Origin: Faecalibacterium sp.
GTDB taxonomy: Bacteria > Bacillota > Clostridia > Oscillospirales > Ruminococcaceae
Assembly (NCBI GenBank): GCA_020025825.1
Contig: JAHHRL010000009.1
Span: 1,783 to 65,782 of the forward strand
DNA length: 64,000 nt
Reading direction: 5' to 3'
Part shown: piece after piece, positions 1 to 9,752 of the stretch
Layout of the letters: the number at the start of each line of letters is the position of its first letter
Position numbering within the stretch: position 1 is the first letter of the stretch
Notes under the pieces: model-generated
Databases searched by the model: none
What the model was told of the DNA's origin: nothing
Seen by the model: only the letters and a program-made list of their open reading frames with translations
Program-made: the position numbers and the translations under genes

Positions 1-333
1 AATCTTAATGCCGTTGCCGATGTAAGTACCGTCAACGCCGGTGCCATTGCCGCCGCTTTCGGTGTTGCAGGCAACAAACAGGGGAATCTTAGCGTGTTCC
101 TGCAATACCTTTACCTGATGCTGAACCTGTGCGCAGGGGATACCATTGTAACGGTAGCCGCCGATATGGAATTTTTCCAGCTGCTTTTGCAGGTCTGCGT
201 CCTCGGCCTTTGCGCCGTGGTCGAAAAATAATTGGCCGACCTTTTCTTCGTCGGTCATGCTAGCAATTGTCTGCTGAACCCAAGCGATGTCTTCGTCAGA
301 CAGATAGTAGGGCTTTGCTTTCAAATCTACCAT
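1..333 (-). CDS. Glycoside hydrolase family 3 protein, N-terminal part (truncated by window edge)
   Basis: Manual translation from ATG at 333 (RBS AAGGAG at 344-349): MVDLKAKPYYLSDEDIAWVQQTIASMTDEEKVGQLF...KIPLFVACNTESGG; the MTxEEKVGQL and IPLFVA motifs are typical of the GH3 N-terminus. Confidence 0.8.
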   Translation of the reverse strand, partial: MVDLKAKPYYLSDEDIAWVQQTIASMTDEEKVGQLFFDHGAKAEDADLQKQLEKFHIGGYRYNGIPCAQVQHQVKVLQEHAKIPLFVACNTESGGNGTGVDGTYIGNGIKI

Positions 334-731
334 GATGTTGAATCTCCTTTATTGTAATAGGTGATAAATTGCTGATTCTGCCCAAGCATAGCAAACGTAA
401 AATACGATGTTACAACCTGAACAGTTATTGGCCACAATCCATACGAAGTGAACCAATAAAAGACATATCTTCACACAAGGCATTATATCGTATTTTGTAC
501 CATAAATCCAGCAAATGAGAAAATTCTACAGGAAAAGTACGTGGAAATGCTAAAAGAAAACCTCGTTTTTTATTTGTCGATTGGTAAAATGCACAAAAAG
601 GTGCGGCTGGCCTTTATATTTTGCGCTTGATGCGCTGGCTTTCTTTTAAGGTATGTGCTATGCTGTTTTACAGAGGAATATTTTACGGTAAAATAATAAA
701 ATTTGCGAAAAAAGTAAAGTGAGGAAGGACA

Positions 732-1658
732 ATGGAAAAGCAAGCCAATGTATTTCAAAAACCGGTGGTTATGATTAGCTTGGCACTGTTATGTACTGCG
801 TTATGGGGCAGTGCAAGTCCGGCGATTAAGGTTAGCTACGAGCTGTTTCGCATTGATGCAGGAGATTTTTTTAGCAAGTGTTTGATTGCGGGAGTACGCT
901 TTTTTATTGCAGGCGTAGTTGTGATTTTATTTGAAATGGCTTGCAATAAAAAGGTAATGATGCCGCCATTGCGGGAAATGCCGGGGCTATTGGGGCTTGG
1001 GCTGGTGCAAACCTCTTTACAGTATATATTGTTCTACACGGGTTTAGCCTATACGACCGGAGCTCGTGGTGCATTGTTTTCTTCTTTAGACGGCTTTTTT
1101 ATTGTGCTGATTTCGCCCCTTATCATACAAGGACAAAAGTTGACACCCAGTAAGTTGTTTGGGTGTGTGCTGGGCTTTTTAGGATTGGTTTTAACCAGCG
1201 CAGGAACAAACCTGACACAGCTGGCAGGCTTTTCTTTATTGGGCGACGGTGCGGTAGCAATGTCTTCGCTGTGTTTTGCGTTAAGCTTCTTCTATGCGAA
1301 AAAGCTGATGGAACGTATGTCGGCGCAAACAGTGACAGGCTGGCAAATGGTGTTGGGCGCAATTGTACTGATTGTAGTAGGGCTTGCAGGCGGCGGAAAA
1401 ATGTACATGGGTGGCGGAGCAAAAGCAATTTTGCTGCTTGCATATCTGTGCCTGCTTTCTTCGGTAGCATATACGCTATGGAGCGTGCTGATGAAGAATA
1501 ACCCGGTAAATAAGGTTTCTATTCTAAAATTGTTTACACCTATTTTCGGCGCGTTGATTTCATCTTTTGTATTGCAGGAAACACCTTTTACGTTTACAAA
1601 CATAATAGCACTGCTGCTGGTTTGTACGGGTATTTGGCTGATTAACCGGGAAGCGTGA
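732..1658 (+). CDS. DMT/EamA family transporter
   Basis: 308 aa, about 10 hydrophobic segments in two repeats, LWG motif near the N-terminus, RBS GAGGAAGGA. Confidence 0.85.
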   Translation: MEKQANVFQKPVVMISLALLCTALWGSASPAIKVSYELFRIDAGDFFSKCLIAGVRFFIAGVVVILFEMACNKKVMMPPLREMPGLLGLGLVQTSLQYILFYTGLAYTTGARGALFSSLDGFFIVLISPLIIQGQKLTPSKLFGCVLGFLGLVLTSAGTNLTQLAGFSLLGDGAVAMSSLCFALSFFYAKKLMERMSAQTVTGWQMVLGAIVLIVVGLAGGGKMYMGGGAKAILLLAYLCLLSSVAYTLWSVLMKNNPVNKVSILKLFTPIFGALISSFVLQETPFTFTNIIALLLVCTGIWLINREA

Positions 1659-1692
1659 AGCACTTATAATCCGTGCAGAAAGATAGAATTGC

Positions 1693-1740
1693 ATAAAAGG
1701 CCGGATATGGAAAGAAAAAGCATACCCGGCCTTTTATTTT
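1693..1740 (+). terminator. Intrinsic terminator
   Basis: AAAAGGCCGG...CCGGCCTTTT hairpin followed by a T-tract, after the DMT gene. Confidence 0.75.
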
Positions 1741-1835
1741 CATACGATTAAAACGAAAAAATTTGTAGGTGCGTATATTCAACGATAACGGAGAGTATGT
1801 GATAAAAGAGCATCAAAAAAATATTGAAAAGATGC

Positions 1836-1864
1836 TTGACAAATCGCAGAGAGTGCGATAATAT
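1836..1864 (+). promoter_or_regulatory. Sigma-A-type promoter for feoA
   Basis: TTGACA (1836-1841), 17 nt spacer, TAATAT. Confidence 0.7.
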
Positions 1865-1871
1865 AAGTAAG

Positions 1872-1889
1872 GGTTAGCTAGAGCTAACC
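1872..1889. promoter_or_regulatory. Palindromic operator 1 (probable DtxR-family box)
   Basis: GGTTAGCTAGAGCTAACC, immediately downstream of the -10 element. Confidence 0.7.
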
Positions 1890-1906
1890 TTTTTAAAGCC
1901 CCTGAT

Positions 1907-1922
1907 GTTAGCGTGAACTAAC
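1907..1922. promoter_or_regulatory. Palindromic operator 2
   Basis: GTTAGCGTGAACTAAC. Confidence 0.65.
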
Positions 1923-1977
1923 TATCGTGAGTAACAGGTGTTTGCTCAACATTATATAACTGGAATCGGGTGAGATT

Positions 1978-2196
1978 ATGAACTTGACAAATGCAGTAGA
2001 AGGCAAGGAGTATATCGTTCAGGATATCGATACAGATGACGAAGAACTAAATGCTTTTTTGTTCTCGCTGGGCTGTTACAGTGGTGAGCCGATTACGGTT
2101 GTTTCTCATTGGAATGGCAGTTGTGTGGTTTCGATTAAAGATGGCCGATACAACATCGACAATCATCTGGCAGAAACGATTTTGATTTCTGAATAA
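1978..2196 (+). CDS. feoA: Ferrous iron transport protein A
   Basis: 72 aa FeoA-like (FLFSLGCYSGEPITV), directly upstream of feoB. Confidence 0.9.
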   Translation: MNLTNAVEGKEYIVQDIDTDDEELNAFLFSLGCYSGEPITVVSHWNGSCVVSIKDGRYNIDNHLAETILISE

Positions 2197-2300
2197 AGTT
2201 TAGGTCCAACCTGCCTCTACAAGCTGCAGGTTGGACAAGTTCAGAAAAGCCTATATGCTACGTTATATTAGGCGGGCAGCCGCCTATTATTTTTGCTCTA

Positions 2301-2320
2301 TGGTTAGCTATAACTAACCA
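2301..2320. promoter_or_regulatory. Palindromic operator 3
   Basis: TGGTTAGCTATAACTAACCA upstream of feoB. Confidence 0.7.
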
Positions 2321-2372
2321 TGGGGTGGTGGAAGTAAAAAAGAAACAGCTACAGTATTAGGAGGAGTGCATT

Positions 2373-4370
2373 ATGAGAATTGCGTTGGCGGGCAATCCCA
2401 ATAGTGGTAAAACGACAATGTATAATGCCCTGACAGGCCGCAACGAACGTGTCGGCAACTGGGCAGGTGTTACAGTTGAAAAGAAAGAGCATGCTATTAA
2501 AAAGAACTTTTATGATGGCAGCCAGGAATTGATTGCGGTCGATTTGCCGGGTGCTTATTCCATGTCACCTTTTACTTCGGAAGAAAGCATTACAAGCTCT
2601 TATGTTAAAAATGAAAATCCTGATGCAATTATCAACATCGTGGATGCAACAAACCTGAGCCGCAGCTTGTTCTTTACAACACAGCTGCTGGAACTGGGCA
2701 TTCCCGTTGTAGTTGCCTTGAACAAAACCGATATCAACGAAAAGAAGGAAACCAAAATCAATACTGAGCTGCTCTCTCAGAAATTGGGTTGTCCTGTTAT
2801 CGAGACCATTTCTACCTCGGCTACCGGTCTGGAAAAGGTAGTGCAGGCTGCGGCTGCACAGTACGGCAAGGACCAGAAAGCACCTTACGTGCAGGGCGAT
2901 ATTGACCTGAGCAGCAAGCAGGCTGTTGTAGAGGCAGATAAAAAGCGTTTTGATTTTGTAAATGGCATCGTTGCTAAGGTAGAAAGCCGTAAGGTTTTGA
3001 CCAAGGAGAAAAACAAGCAGGACAAAATCGACGCAATTCTGACAAACCGCTGGCTGGGCATTCCCATTTTCGCAGTGGTAATGTTCTTTGTGTTTGACAT
3101 TTCTCAGTCTACAGTTGGCCCTTGGCTGGCAGATACACTGGTTGGCTGGATTGAAACATTCCAGGCATGGGTAGGCGAGATGGTATCCGGTGCTTCTCCG
3201 TTGCTGCAGGCAATTCTGGTTGATGGCATCATCGGCGGCGTAGGTGCTGTTGTTGGCTTCCTGCCGCTGGTTATGGTAATGTACTTCCTGATTGCTTTGC
3301 TGGAAGACTGCGGCTACATGGCTCGTGTTTCTGTTGTGCTGGACCCCATCTTCAAGAAGGTTGGCCTGTCCGGTAAGTCCGTTATCCCCTTTGTTATCGG
3401 CACCGGCTGTGCAATCCCCGGCATTATGGCATGCCGCACCATCCGTAACGAGCGTGAGCGCCGTGCAACTGCTATGCTGACTCCGTTTATGCCCTGTGGT
3501 GCTAAGCTTCCTGTTATTGCATTGTTTGCAGGCGTGTTCTTCTCCGAGGCTTCTTGGGTTGGCACTTTGATGTACTTCGTTGGTATTGTGCTGATTTTCT
3601 TTGGTGCTTTGCTGGTAAACAAGATTTCCGGTTATAAGAACCGTAAGTCCTTCTTCATCATGGAGCTGCCTGAGTATAAGGTTCCCTCTTTGAAGCGTGC
3701 ATTCATTTCCATGTGTGGTCGTGGTTGGGCTTACATTGTTAAGGCTGGTACCATCATCCTGCTGTGCAACACCGCAGTTCAGCTGATGCAGAGCTTTACT
3801 TGGAGCTTCCAGCTGGTAGAAGAAGGCATGGAGAATACTTCTATCCTGGCTTCTATCGCTTCTCCCTTTGCTGTATTGCTGGTTCCTCTGGGCTTTGGCG
3901 TATGGCAGATGGCTGCAGCCTCCATTACTGGTTTTATCGCAAAGGAAAACGTTGTTGCTACTCTGGCAGTTTGCTACGGCATTACGAACTTCATCGATGT
4001 TGACGAGAACGCACTGGTTGGCGGTGCAACCGAAGTTGCTGCAATCTTTGGCCTGACCAAGGCTGCTGCACTGGCTTGCCTGATGTTTAACCTGTTTACA
4101 CCTCCTTGCTTTGCAGCAATTGGTGCTATGCACTCCGAAATCAAGAACGGCAAGTGGCTGTTTGGCGGCATCATGCTGCAGTTGGGTACCGGTTATGTAG
4201 TTGCTTATCTGGTTTACCAGATTGGTACATTGATTACCGAGGGTACAGTTGGCAGCGGCTTCCTGCCTGGCTTAATCGCTGTGGCTGCCATCATCGGCAT
4301 TGTTGCTTACCTGTGCGTGAATGCAGATAAGAAAGTCGAAAAAGAGTATGCGTTAGGTGGTAAGAAATAA
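2373..4370 (+). CDS. feoB: Ferrous iron transporter B
   Basis: G1 GNPNSGKT, G2 GVTVE, G3 DLPG, G4 NKTD, followed by a membrane domain with gate motifs (PFMPC, PPC). Confidence 0.97.
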   Translation: MRIALAGNPNSGKTTMYNALTGRNERVGNWAGVTVEKKEHAIKKNFYDGSQELIAVDLPGAYSMSPFTSEESITSSYVKNENPDAIINIVDATNLSRSLFFTTQLLELGIPVVVALNKTDINEKKETKINTELLSQKLGCPVIETISTSATGLEKVVQAAAAQYGKDQKAPYVQGDIDLSSKQAVVEADKKRFDFVNGIVAKVESRKVLTKEKNKQDKIDAILTNRWLGIPIFAVVMFFVFDISQSTVGPWLADTLVGWIETFQAWVGEMVSGASPLLQAILVDGIIGGVGAVVGFLPLVMVMYFLIALLEDCGYMARVSVVLDPIFKKVGLSGKSVIPFVIGTGCAIPGIMACRTIRNERERRATAMLTPFMPCGAKLPVIALFAGVFFSEASWVGTLMYFVGIVLIFFGALLVNKISGYKNRKSFFIMELPEYKVPSLKRAFISMCGRGWAYIVKAGTIILLCNTAVQLMQSFTWSFQLVEEGMENTSILASIASPFAVLLVPLGFGVWQMAAASITGFIAKENVVATLAVCYGITNFIDVDENALVGGATEVAAIFGLTKAAALACLMFNLFTPPCFAAIGAMHSEIKNGKWLFGGIMLQLGTGYVVAYLVYQIGTLITEGTVGSGFLPGLIAVAAIIGIVAYLCVNADKKVEKEYALGGKK

Positions 4371-4372
4371 CC

Positions 4373-4561
4373 ATGCTGGAAAACATCATTATTGTCCTTA
4401 TATTGGTTGTCATTTTGGGCGGCGCAGCCTGGTATGTGTACAAATCCAAAAAGAGTGGTAAAAAGTGCATTGGCTGCCCGGACGGGTGCTCGTCGAAATC
4501 CGGCGGGTGCAGTTGCTGCTCAAATTGCGAACAAGACGATATGGACCAGTCGAATCAGTAA
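4373..4561 (+). CDS. FeoB-associated Cys-rich membrane protein
   Basis: One TM helix followed by KKSGKKCIGCPDGC...CSCCSNC; directly after feoB. Confidence 0.85.
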   Translation: MLENIIIVLILVVILGGAAWYVYKSKKSGKKCIGCPDGCSSKSGGCSCCSNCEQDDMDQSNQ

Positions 4562-4566
4562 ACTGT

Positions 4567-4596
4567 TTGGGAGGTGCAAGTGGTTGCACCTCCCAA
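4567..4596 (+). terminator. Hairpin (terminator or mRNA stabiliser)
   Basis: TTGGGAGGTGCAA-GTGG-TTGCACCTCCCAA perfect stem; weak T-tract. Confidence 0.55.
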
Positions 4597-4610
4597 TCTT
4601 AAAATCCGTA

Positions 4611-4626
4611 ATTAGCCTGAACTAAC
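4611..4626. promoter_or_regulatory. Palindromic operator 4
   Basis: ATTAGCCTGAACTAAC just upstream of the DUF3793 RBS. Confidence 0.6.
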
Positions 4627-4644
4627 TTTTAGGAGGGTCGCAGT

Positions 4645-5196
4645 ATGTCTGAGGAATTGATTATTCGGCATTGTTCACCAACGTTAGCAGGGATGAAAAC
4701 AGGAAGCCTTTTTTCCTGTGCTTGTACCGAAAAACAAGAACTGGTGAAAGAAATTCGCAGCTTGAATAAACGATTAGTCCCCAAAGGACTGCGGGTTCTG
4801 CCTTTACGTGTTTGGAATAACCGTGCACTGATTTATGTGTATCGCCCCAGTGGATTGCAAAAAGATTTGGATGGAGAGCAGGCACGAAAACTGTTAGAAC
4901 AGTATGGTTATCAGCCTGAACGAGCAGATGCTTGTATTATCCACTTGATTGACCGCTTGCAGTCCGCTGAGGAGTTTCCGCACGAAGTTGGTTTGTTTTT
5001 GGGATACCCGCCGGAAGATGTGTGTGAATTTATCCGCAATAAGGCGGGCAATCATAAATGTGTAGGCTGCTGGAAAGTATACGGTGACGAAGCGGCAGCA
5101 CAAAAAACATTTGCTAAGTATAAAAAATGTACCGATGTTTACTGCTCTCAGTGGAAAAACGGAAAAAGCATTGAGCGCTTGACGGTAGCCGGGTGA
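4645..5196 (+). CDS. DUF3793 family protein
   Basis: CSPTLAGMK, FPHEVGLFLGYP and GCWKVY motifs. Confidence 0.9.
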   Translation: MSEELIIRHCSPTLAGMKTGSLFSCACTEKQELVKEIRSLNKRLVPKGLRVLPLRVWNNRALIYVYRPSGLQKDLDGEQARKLLEQYGYQPERADACIIHLIDRLQSAEEFPHEVGLFLGYPPEDVCEFIRNKAGNHKCVGCWKVYGDEAAAQKTFAKYKKCTDVYCSQWKNGKSIERLTVAG

Positions 5197-5218
5197 AAAA
5201 GCTAAAGGAGATGCAGCC

Positions 5219-5575
5219 ATGAAGAAGCGCAGATCTACGGAGGATTACTTGAAAACAATCTATATCCTGTCGCAGACAAAAGAGGTGCATGCGTGTCAGG
5301 TTGCGGAGCAATTGGGCTTGTCCCGCCCAACAGTGAGTGTGGCGCTGAAACGCCTAACAGAGGAAGGCTACCTCAACGTAGATGAAAGTAATGTTATTTG
5401 CTTGACTGAGCGAGGGGTACAGGATGCCTGTCGCATCTGTGAACGGTATCAAATACTAAAATCGTTTTTGATGCAGTTAGGGGTAGAGGAAGCTGTTGCA
5501 GTGGAAGACGCCTGCAAAATGGAACATGATATTGGAAACGAAAGTTATCAGGCGTTAAAGGAATTTGTGACGTAA
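5219..5575 (+). CDS. DtxR/MntR-family metal-dependent repressor (short form, no FeoA domain)
   Basis: EDYLKTIY, winged HTH (VAEQLGLSRPTVSVALKRL), EDACKMEH. Confidence 0.9.
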   Translation: MKKRRSTEDYLKTIYILSQTKEVHACQVAEQLGLSRPTVSVALKRLTEEGYLNVDESNVICLTERGVQDACRICERYQILKSFLMQLGVEEAVAVEDACKMEHDIGNESYQALKEFVT

Positions 5576-5651
5576 AAGGATGCGGAATAAGGCAGGTATG
5601 GTGGCACTAAGCCATCTGTAAGCAATTTAATTTTTGGGAGTTCTATCGGTT

Positions 5652-7388
5652 ATGATGATTAACAAGCGTCTCATAGAGACAGTAAAAGAAAGCAAAAAGT
5701 ATGTGGCCGCAAATGTGGCGCTGCAGTGGGTGGGCTTGCTGACAAACATTACCATGATGACAGCAATTGCGCGCTTTTTGCAGCAGGTTTATAACAAAAC
5801 AGCAGACAGCCATGCACTTTTGAACACTGTGCTGCTGGCTGTTGCGATGATTGTGGTACGATTTGTTTGTACAATGGCAGCGGGACACATGGGATATATG
5901 TCTTCCCGTGAAGTAAAACAAAAACTGCGTGAAATGATTTACCGTAAGCTGCTGCGCCTAGGCAACTCTTACCGTGAGCAAGTACAAACAAGCGAAATTG
6001 TACAGGTTACAACGGAAGGCGTTGAGCAGTTGGAAACCTATTTTGGTGCATACTTGCCGCAGTTTTTCTATGCGATGCTGGCACCGCTTACCTTGTTTGC
6101 TGTTATCAGTTTTGTAAACCTGCCTTCCGCAGTGGTGCTGCTGATTTGTGTACCGTTGATTCCTATTACGATTGCAGCTGTGCAGACATGGGCAAAAAAG
6201 CTGCTGGGCAAATACTGGGGAGAGTACACTGCTTTAGGCGATACCTTTTTGGAAAATTTGCAGGGCCTTACCACGCTGAAAATTTACCAGACGGATGGTT
6301 TTAAGCAGGACGAGATGAATGTACAGGCGGAGAAGTTCCGCAAAATCACCATGAAAGTGCTGACTATGCAGCTGAACTCCATTACCATTATGGATTTGAT
6401 TGCATACGGCGGTGCTGCTTTGGGTGTTATTTTGGCTGTTACACAGTTCCGTGCAAATCGTGTAGACTTGGCAGGCTGCCTAATGATTTTGCTGTTGGCT
6501 GCGGACTTCTTCCTGCCGATGCGTCAGCTGGGCTCCTTCTTCCACATTGCTATGAATGGTATGGCTGCGTCGGATAAGATTTTCAAACTGCTGGATTTAC
6601 CGGAGCCGGAACAAAAAACACAGCCTGTCCCGGCGGATTGCAGTATTCGCTGCGAGAATTTGAGCTTTGCTTATGAAGCAGACCGTGAGATTCTGCATGG
6701 TGTGAATATGGAATTCCCGCAGGGCGGCTTTACAGCTATCGTTGGCGAAAGTGGCTGCGGAAAATCCACCTTGGCTGCCATTTTGATGGGCAGAAATCGT
6801 GGCTATACCGGCAGCGTAACCGTTGGTGGAGTTCCGCTTTCGCAGATTTCGGAAGAAAGCCTGATGCAGCAGTTTACGTATGTTAGCCATCAAAGCTATC
6901 TGTTTAAGGGAACTGTACGTGAGAACCTGTTAATGGGTTGCCCCACTGCAACAGATGCTCAGCTTTGGGGTGCGCTGGAATGTGTTAATCTGGCAGATTT
7001 CCTGCGCAGTGAAAATGGCTTGGATACCAAGCTGACAGCAAAGGCATCCAACTTCTCCGGCGGACAGTGCCAGCGTTTGGCTCTGGCCAGAGCATTGCTG
7101 CATGATACGCCCGTTTATATTTTTGACGAGGCAACCTCCAATATTGATGTGGAGAGCGAAAATGATATGATGCGCCAGATTCGCCAGCTGGCAAAAACAA
7201 AGACGGTAATTTTGATTTCTCACCGTTTGGCAAACGTAGCAGATGCAGATAATACCTACGTTTTGGATGGCGGCAATATTGTGGAATCCGGTAAGCACGA
7301 GGCGCTGCTGGAACAGAACGGAGTATATACAAAACTATGGCATACCCAGCAGGAACTGGAAAATTACACGAAGGGAGCCGCACTATGA
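5652..7388 (+). CDS. ABC transporter fused permease/ATPase, CydD-like
   Basis: TM domain with YFGAYLPQ and DFFLPMRQLGSFFH; Walker [23 protein letters not shown]. Confidence 0.85.
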   Translation: MMINKRLIETVKESKKYVAANVALQWVGLLTNITMMTAIARFLQQVYNKTADSHALLNTVLLAVAMIVVRFVCTMAAGHMGYMSSREVKQKLREMIYRKLLRLGNSYREQVQTSEIVQVTTEGVEQLETYFGAYLPQFFYAMLAPLTLFAVISFVNLPSAVVLLICVPLIPITIAAVQTWAKKLLGKYWGEYTALGDTFLENLQGLTTLKIYQTDGFKQDEMNVQAEKFRKITMKVLTMQLNSITIMDLIAYGGAALGVILAVTQFRANRVDLAGCLMILLLAADFFLPMRQLGSFFHIAMNGMAASDKIFKLLDLPEPEQKTQPVPADCSIRCENLSFAYEADREILHGVNMEFPQGGFTAIVGESGCGKSTLAAILMGRNRGYTGSVTVGGVPLSQISEESLMQQFTYVSHQSYLFKGTVRENLLMGCPTATDAQLWGALECVNLADFLRSENGLDTKLTAKASNFSGGQCQRLALARALLHDTPVYIFDEATSNIDVESENDMMRQIRQLAKTKTVILISHRLANVADADNTYVLDGGNIVESGKHEALLEQNGVYTKLWHTQQELENYTKGAAL

Positions 7389-9025
7389 AACGAAACAATC
7401 TTCAGGTTATGATGCGGCTTATCGGTTTGGTAAAACCGCTTACCGGCTATATGTTGCTGGCCATTTTAATGGGTCTGGTTGGGCATCTGTGTGCAGCGTT
7501 TATCACAATTATGGGCGGCGTTGCTGTTTTGCAGCTGCTGGGCCTTTACAGCAAAATAACACTGGGCATTATCTTTACCTGCCTGATTCTGTTTGCTGTA
7601 GTTCGTGGATTTTTGCGCTATGCAGAGCAGTCCTGCAACCACTTTATCGCATTTAAGCTGCTGGCTTTACTGCGTGATAAGGTGTTTACTGCACTGCGCC
7701 GCTTGACCCCTGCAAAGCTGGAAGGCAAGGATAAGGGCAACTTAATCAGCATTATCACTTCGGACATTGAGCTGCTGGAAGTGTTCTATGCACATACAAT
7801 CTCGCCTATTTGCATTGCTGCGCTGTTTACCGTTGTTATGGTGCTTTTCATTGGCTCCTATCATTGGGCACTGGGACTTTTGGCACTGGCGGCATACGTA
7901 ACGGTTGGTGTGATTGTTCCGGTTATCACCTCCAAGATGAGTGGTGCTAACGGCATCAATTTCCGTACACAGTCCGGTGAGCTGGCTGGCTTTGTGCTGG
8001 ACAGCCTGCGTGGCTTGCCCGAGATTTTGCAATACGGTCAGGGCGAAAAGCGTGTACAGCAAATGAACGAAATGACCGAGAACCTTTCCGTACAGGAAAA
8101 GCGTATGAAGCGTATGTCCAACGGAAATATCGCAGTTACCAACTTGGTGATTCTGGTGTTTGACATTGCAATGCTGTTTGCAGCCACACAGCTGTGCGAG
8201 TTTGAGGGTGTGCTGATTCCTACGTTGGCGCTGATGAGCTCTTTTGGTCCGGTGGTTGCACTGGCTGCTTTGGGCGCAACGCTGCAAAATACCTTTGCCG
8301 CAGGTAACCGTGTGCTGGATATTTTGGACGAAACACCTGTTGTAGAAGAAATTACCGGCAAGGAAGAAATTACCTTTGCGGGTGCACAGGCAAAGAATAT
8401 TACCTTCTCCTATGGGGACGAAACCATTTTGACAGATTTGTCGGTGGAAATCCCGCAGAATGAAATTGTAGGTATTGTAGGTAAGAGCGGAAGCGGCAAG
8501 TCTACTTTGCTGAAGCTGTTTATGCGTTTCTGGCAGGTACAAAAGGGCGAAATTCGTATTTCCGGCCGCAGTGTGGATGACATCAATACAACCAATTTGC
8601 GCAACATGGAAAGCTTTGTTACGCAGGAAACCTACCTGTTTGATGATACGATTCGCAATAACCTGCGTGTTGCAAAATGGGACGCAACCGATGAAGAAAT
8701 TGTTGCAGCCTGCAAAAAGGCTTCGGTGCATGAATTTATCCAGAAGCTGCCGCAGGGGTACGATACACAGGTTGGTGAGTTGGGAGATTCTCTTTCCGGC
8801 GGCGAACGTCAGCGTTTGGGTTTGGCAAGAGCTTTCCTGCATGACGCACCGTTCCTGCTGTTGGACGAGCCCACCAGCAATTTGGACAGCTTGAACGAAG
8901 CAGTTATCCTGAAGTCGCTGCATGAGGAATGTGAAGACAAGACAGTGGTGCTGGTATCGCACCGCAAATCTACTATGGGTATTGCAGACCGTGTTTACTC
9001 GGTAGAGCAGGGAAGGAATAGCTAA
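7385..9025 (+). CDS. ABC transporter fused permease/ATPase, CydC-like
   Basis: RGFLRYAEQ...H motif; GKSGSGKST, LSGGERQR, LLLDEPTSNLD; start overlaps the previous stop (ATGA). Confidence 0.85.
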   Translation: MKRNNLQVMMRLIGLVKPLTGYMLLAILMGLVGHLCAAFITIMGGVAVLQLLGLYSKITLGIIFTCLILFAVVRGFLRYAEQSCNHFIAFKLLALLRDKVFTALRRLTPAKLEGKDKGNLISIITSDIELLEVFYAHTISPICIAALFTVVMVLFIGSYHWALGLLALAAYVTVGVIVPVITSKMSGANGINFRTQSGELAGFVLDSLRGLPEILQYGQGEKRVQQMNEMTENLSVQEKRMKRMSNGNIAVTNLVILVFDIAMLFAATQLCEFEGVLIPTLALMSSFGPVVALAALGATLQNTFAAGNRVLDILDETPVVEEITGKEEITFAGAQAKNITFSYGDETILTDLSVEIPQNEIVGIVGKSGSGKSTLLKLFMRFWQVQKGEIRISGRSVDDINTTNLRNMESFVTQETYLFDDTIRNNLRVAKWDATDEEIVAACKKASVHEFIQKLPQGYDTQVGELGDSLSGGERQRLGLARAFLHDAPFLLLDEPTSNLDSLNEAVILKSLHEECEDKTVVLVSHRKSTMGIADRVYSVEQGRNS

Positions 9026-9360
9026 TGGACGTACAGCAAAAGCGGGAACGGGAAAAAGAGGTAGTTTCGTTGATGATTGCCTTATACTGCCGCAAAAAGC
9101 ATGGAGGCAAGCAGCTTTGCCCTGCGTGTGCGGAGCTGGATGCTTATGCGAGAATGCGCAGCGATAAGTGCCCGTTTATGGAAACAAAGACGTTTTGTTC
9201 CAACTGTAAAGTGCATTGCTATAAACCGGAAATGCGGGAGAAAATTAGAGAAGTAATGCGATTTTCCGGTCCACGTATGATTTTTCATCATCCGATTATG
9301 GCGATTCGTCATGTGATAGAGAGCAGAAAAGAAAAAAGACAACTGGAGAAGCAAGTATGA
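9025..9360 (+). CDS. YgbA-like (nitrous oxide-stimulated promoter family) Cys-rich protein
   Basis: MIALYCRKKH...LCPAC...KCPF...FCSNCKVHCY...VMRFSGPRM. Confidence 0.85.
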   Translation: MDVQQKREREKEVVSLMIALYCRKKHGGKQLCPACAELDAYARMRSDKCPFMETKTFCSNCKVHCYKPEMREKIREVMRFSGPRMIFHHPIMAIRHVIESRKEKRQLEKQV

Positions 9361-9737
9361 AAATGAAAAAAATGCTTTATGTTTTGGTAGGCTGTATTGG
9401 ATTGGCTTTAGGTGCAATTGGTGCAGTATTGCCATTTCTGCCCACGTTCCCTTTTTTGATGCTGGCGGCTTACTGCTTTGCCAGAAGTTCCGAAAAACTG
9501 CATAATTGGTTTGTCGGAACAAAGCTGTATAAAGATAATCTGGAAGACTTTGTAGCCGGAAAAGGCATGACACGCAAGGTTAAAATCCGCATTATGGTAA
9601 CGGTTACAATATTGATGGCAATCGGCTTTATTATGATGCGTGAGGTTTTGGTTGGTCGTATTGTGTTGGGCAGTGTTTGGCTCTTCCATATGGTGTACTT
9701 CTTGTTCGGTGTAAAAACAAACACCGATAAAGAATAA
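9357..9737 (+). CDS. YbaN/DUF454 family membrane protein
   Basis: GAIGAVLPFLPTFPFLMLAAYCFARSS motif. Confidence 0.88.
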   Translation: MKMKKMLYVLVGCIGLALGAIGAVLPFLPTFPFLMLAAYCFARSSEKLHNWFVGTKLYKDNLEDFVAGKGMTRKVKIRIMVTVTILMAIGFIMMREVLVGRIVLGSVWLFHMVYFLFGVKTNTDKE

Positions 9738-9752
9738 ATTGTCCTTCCTCCC

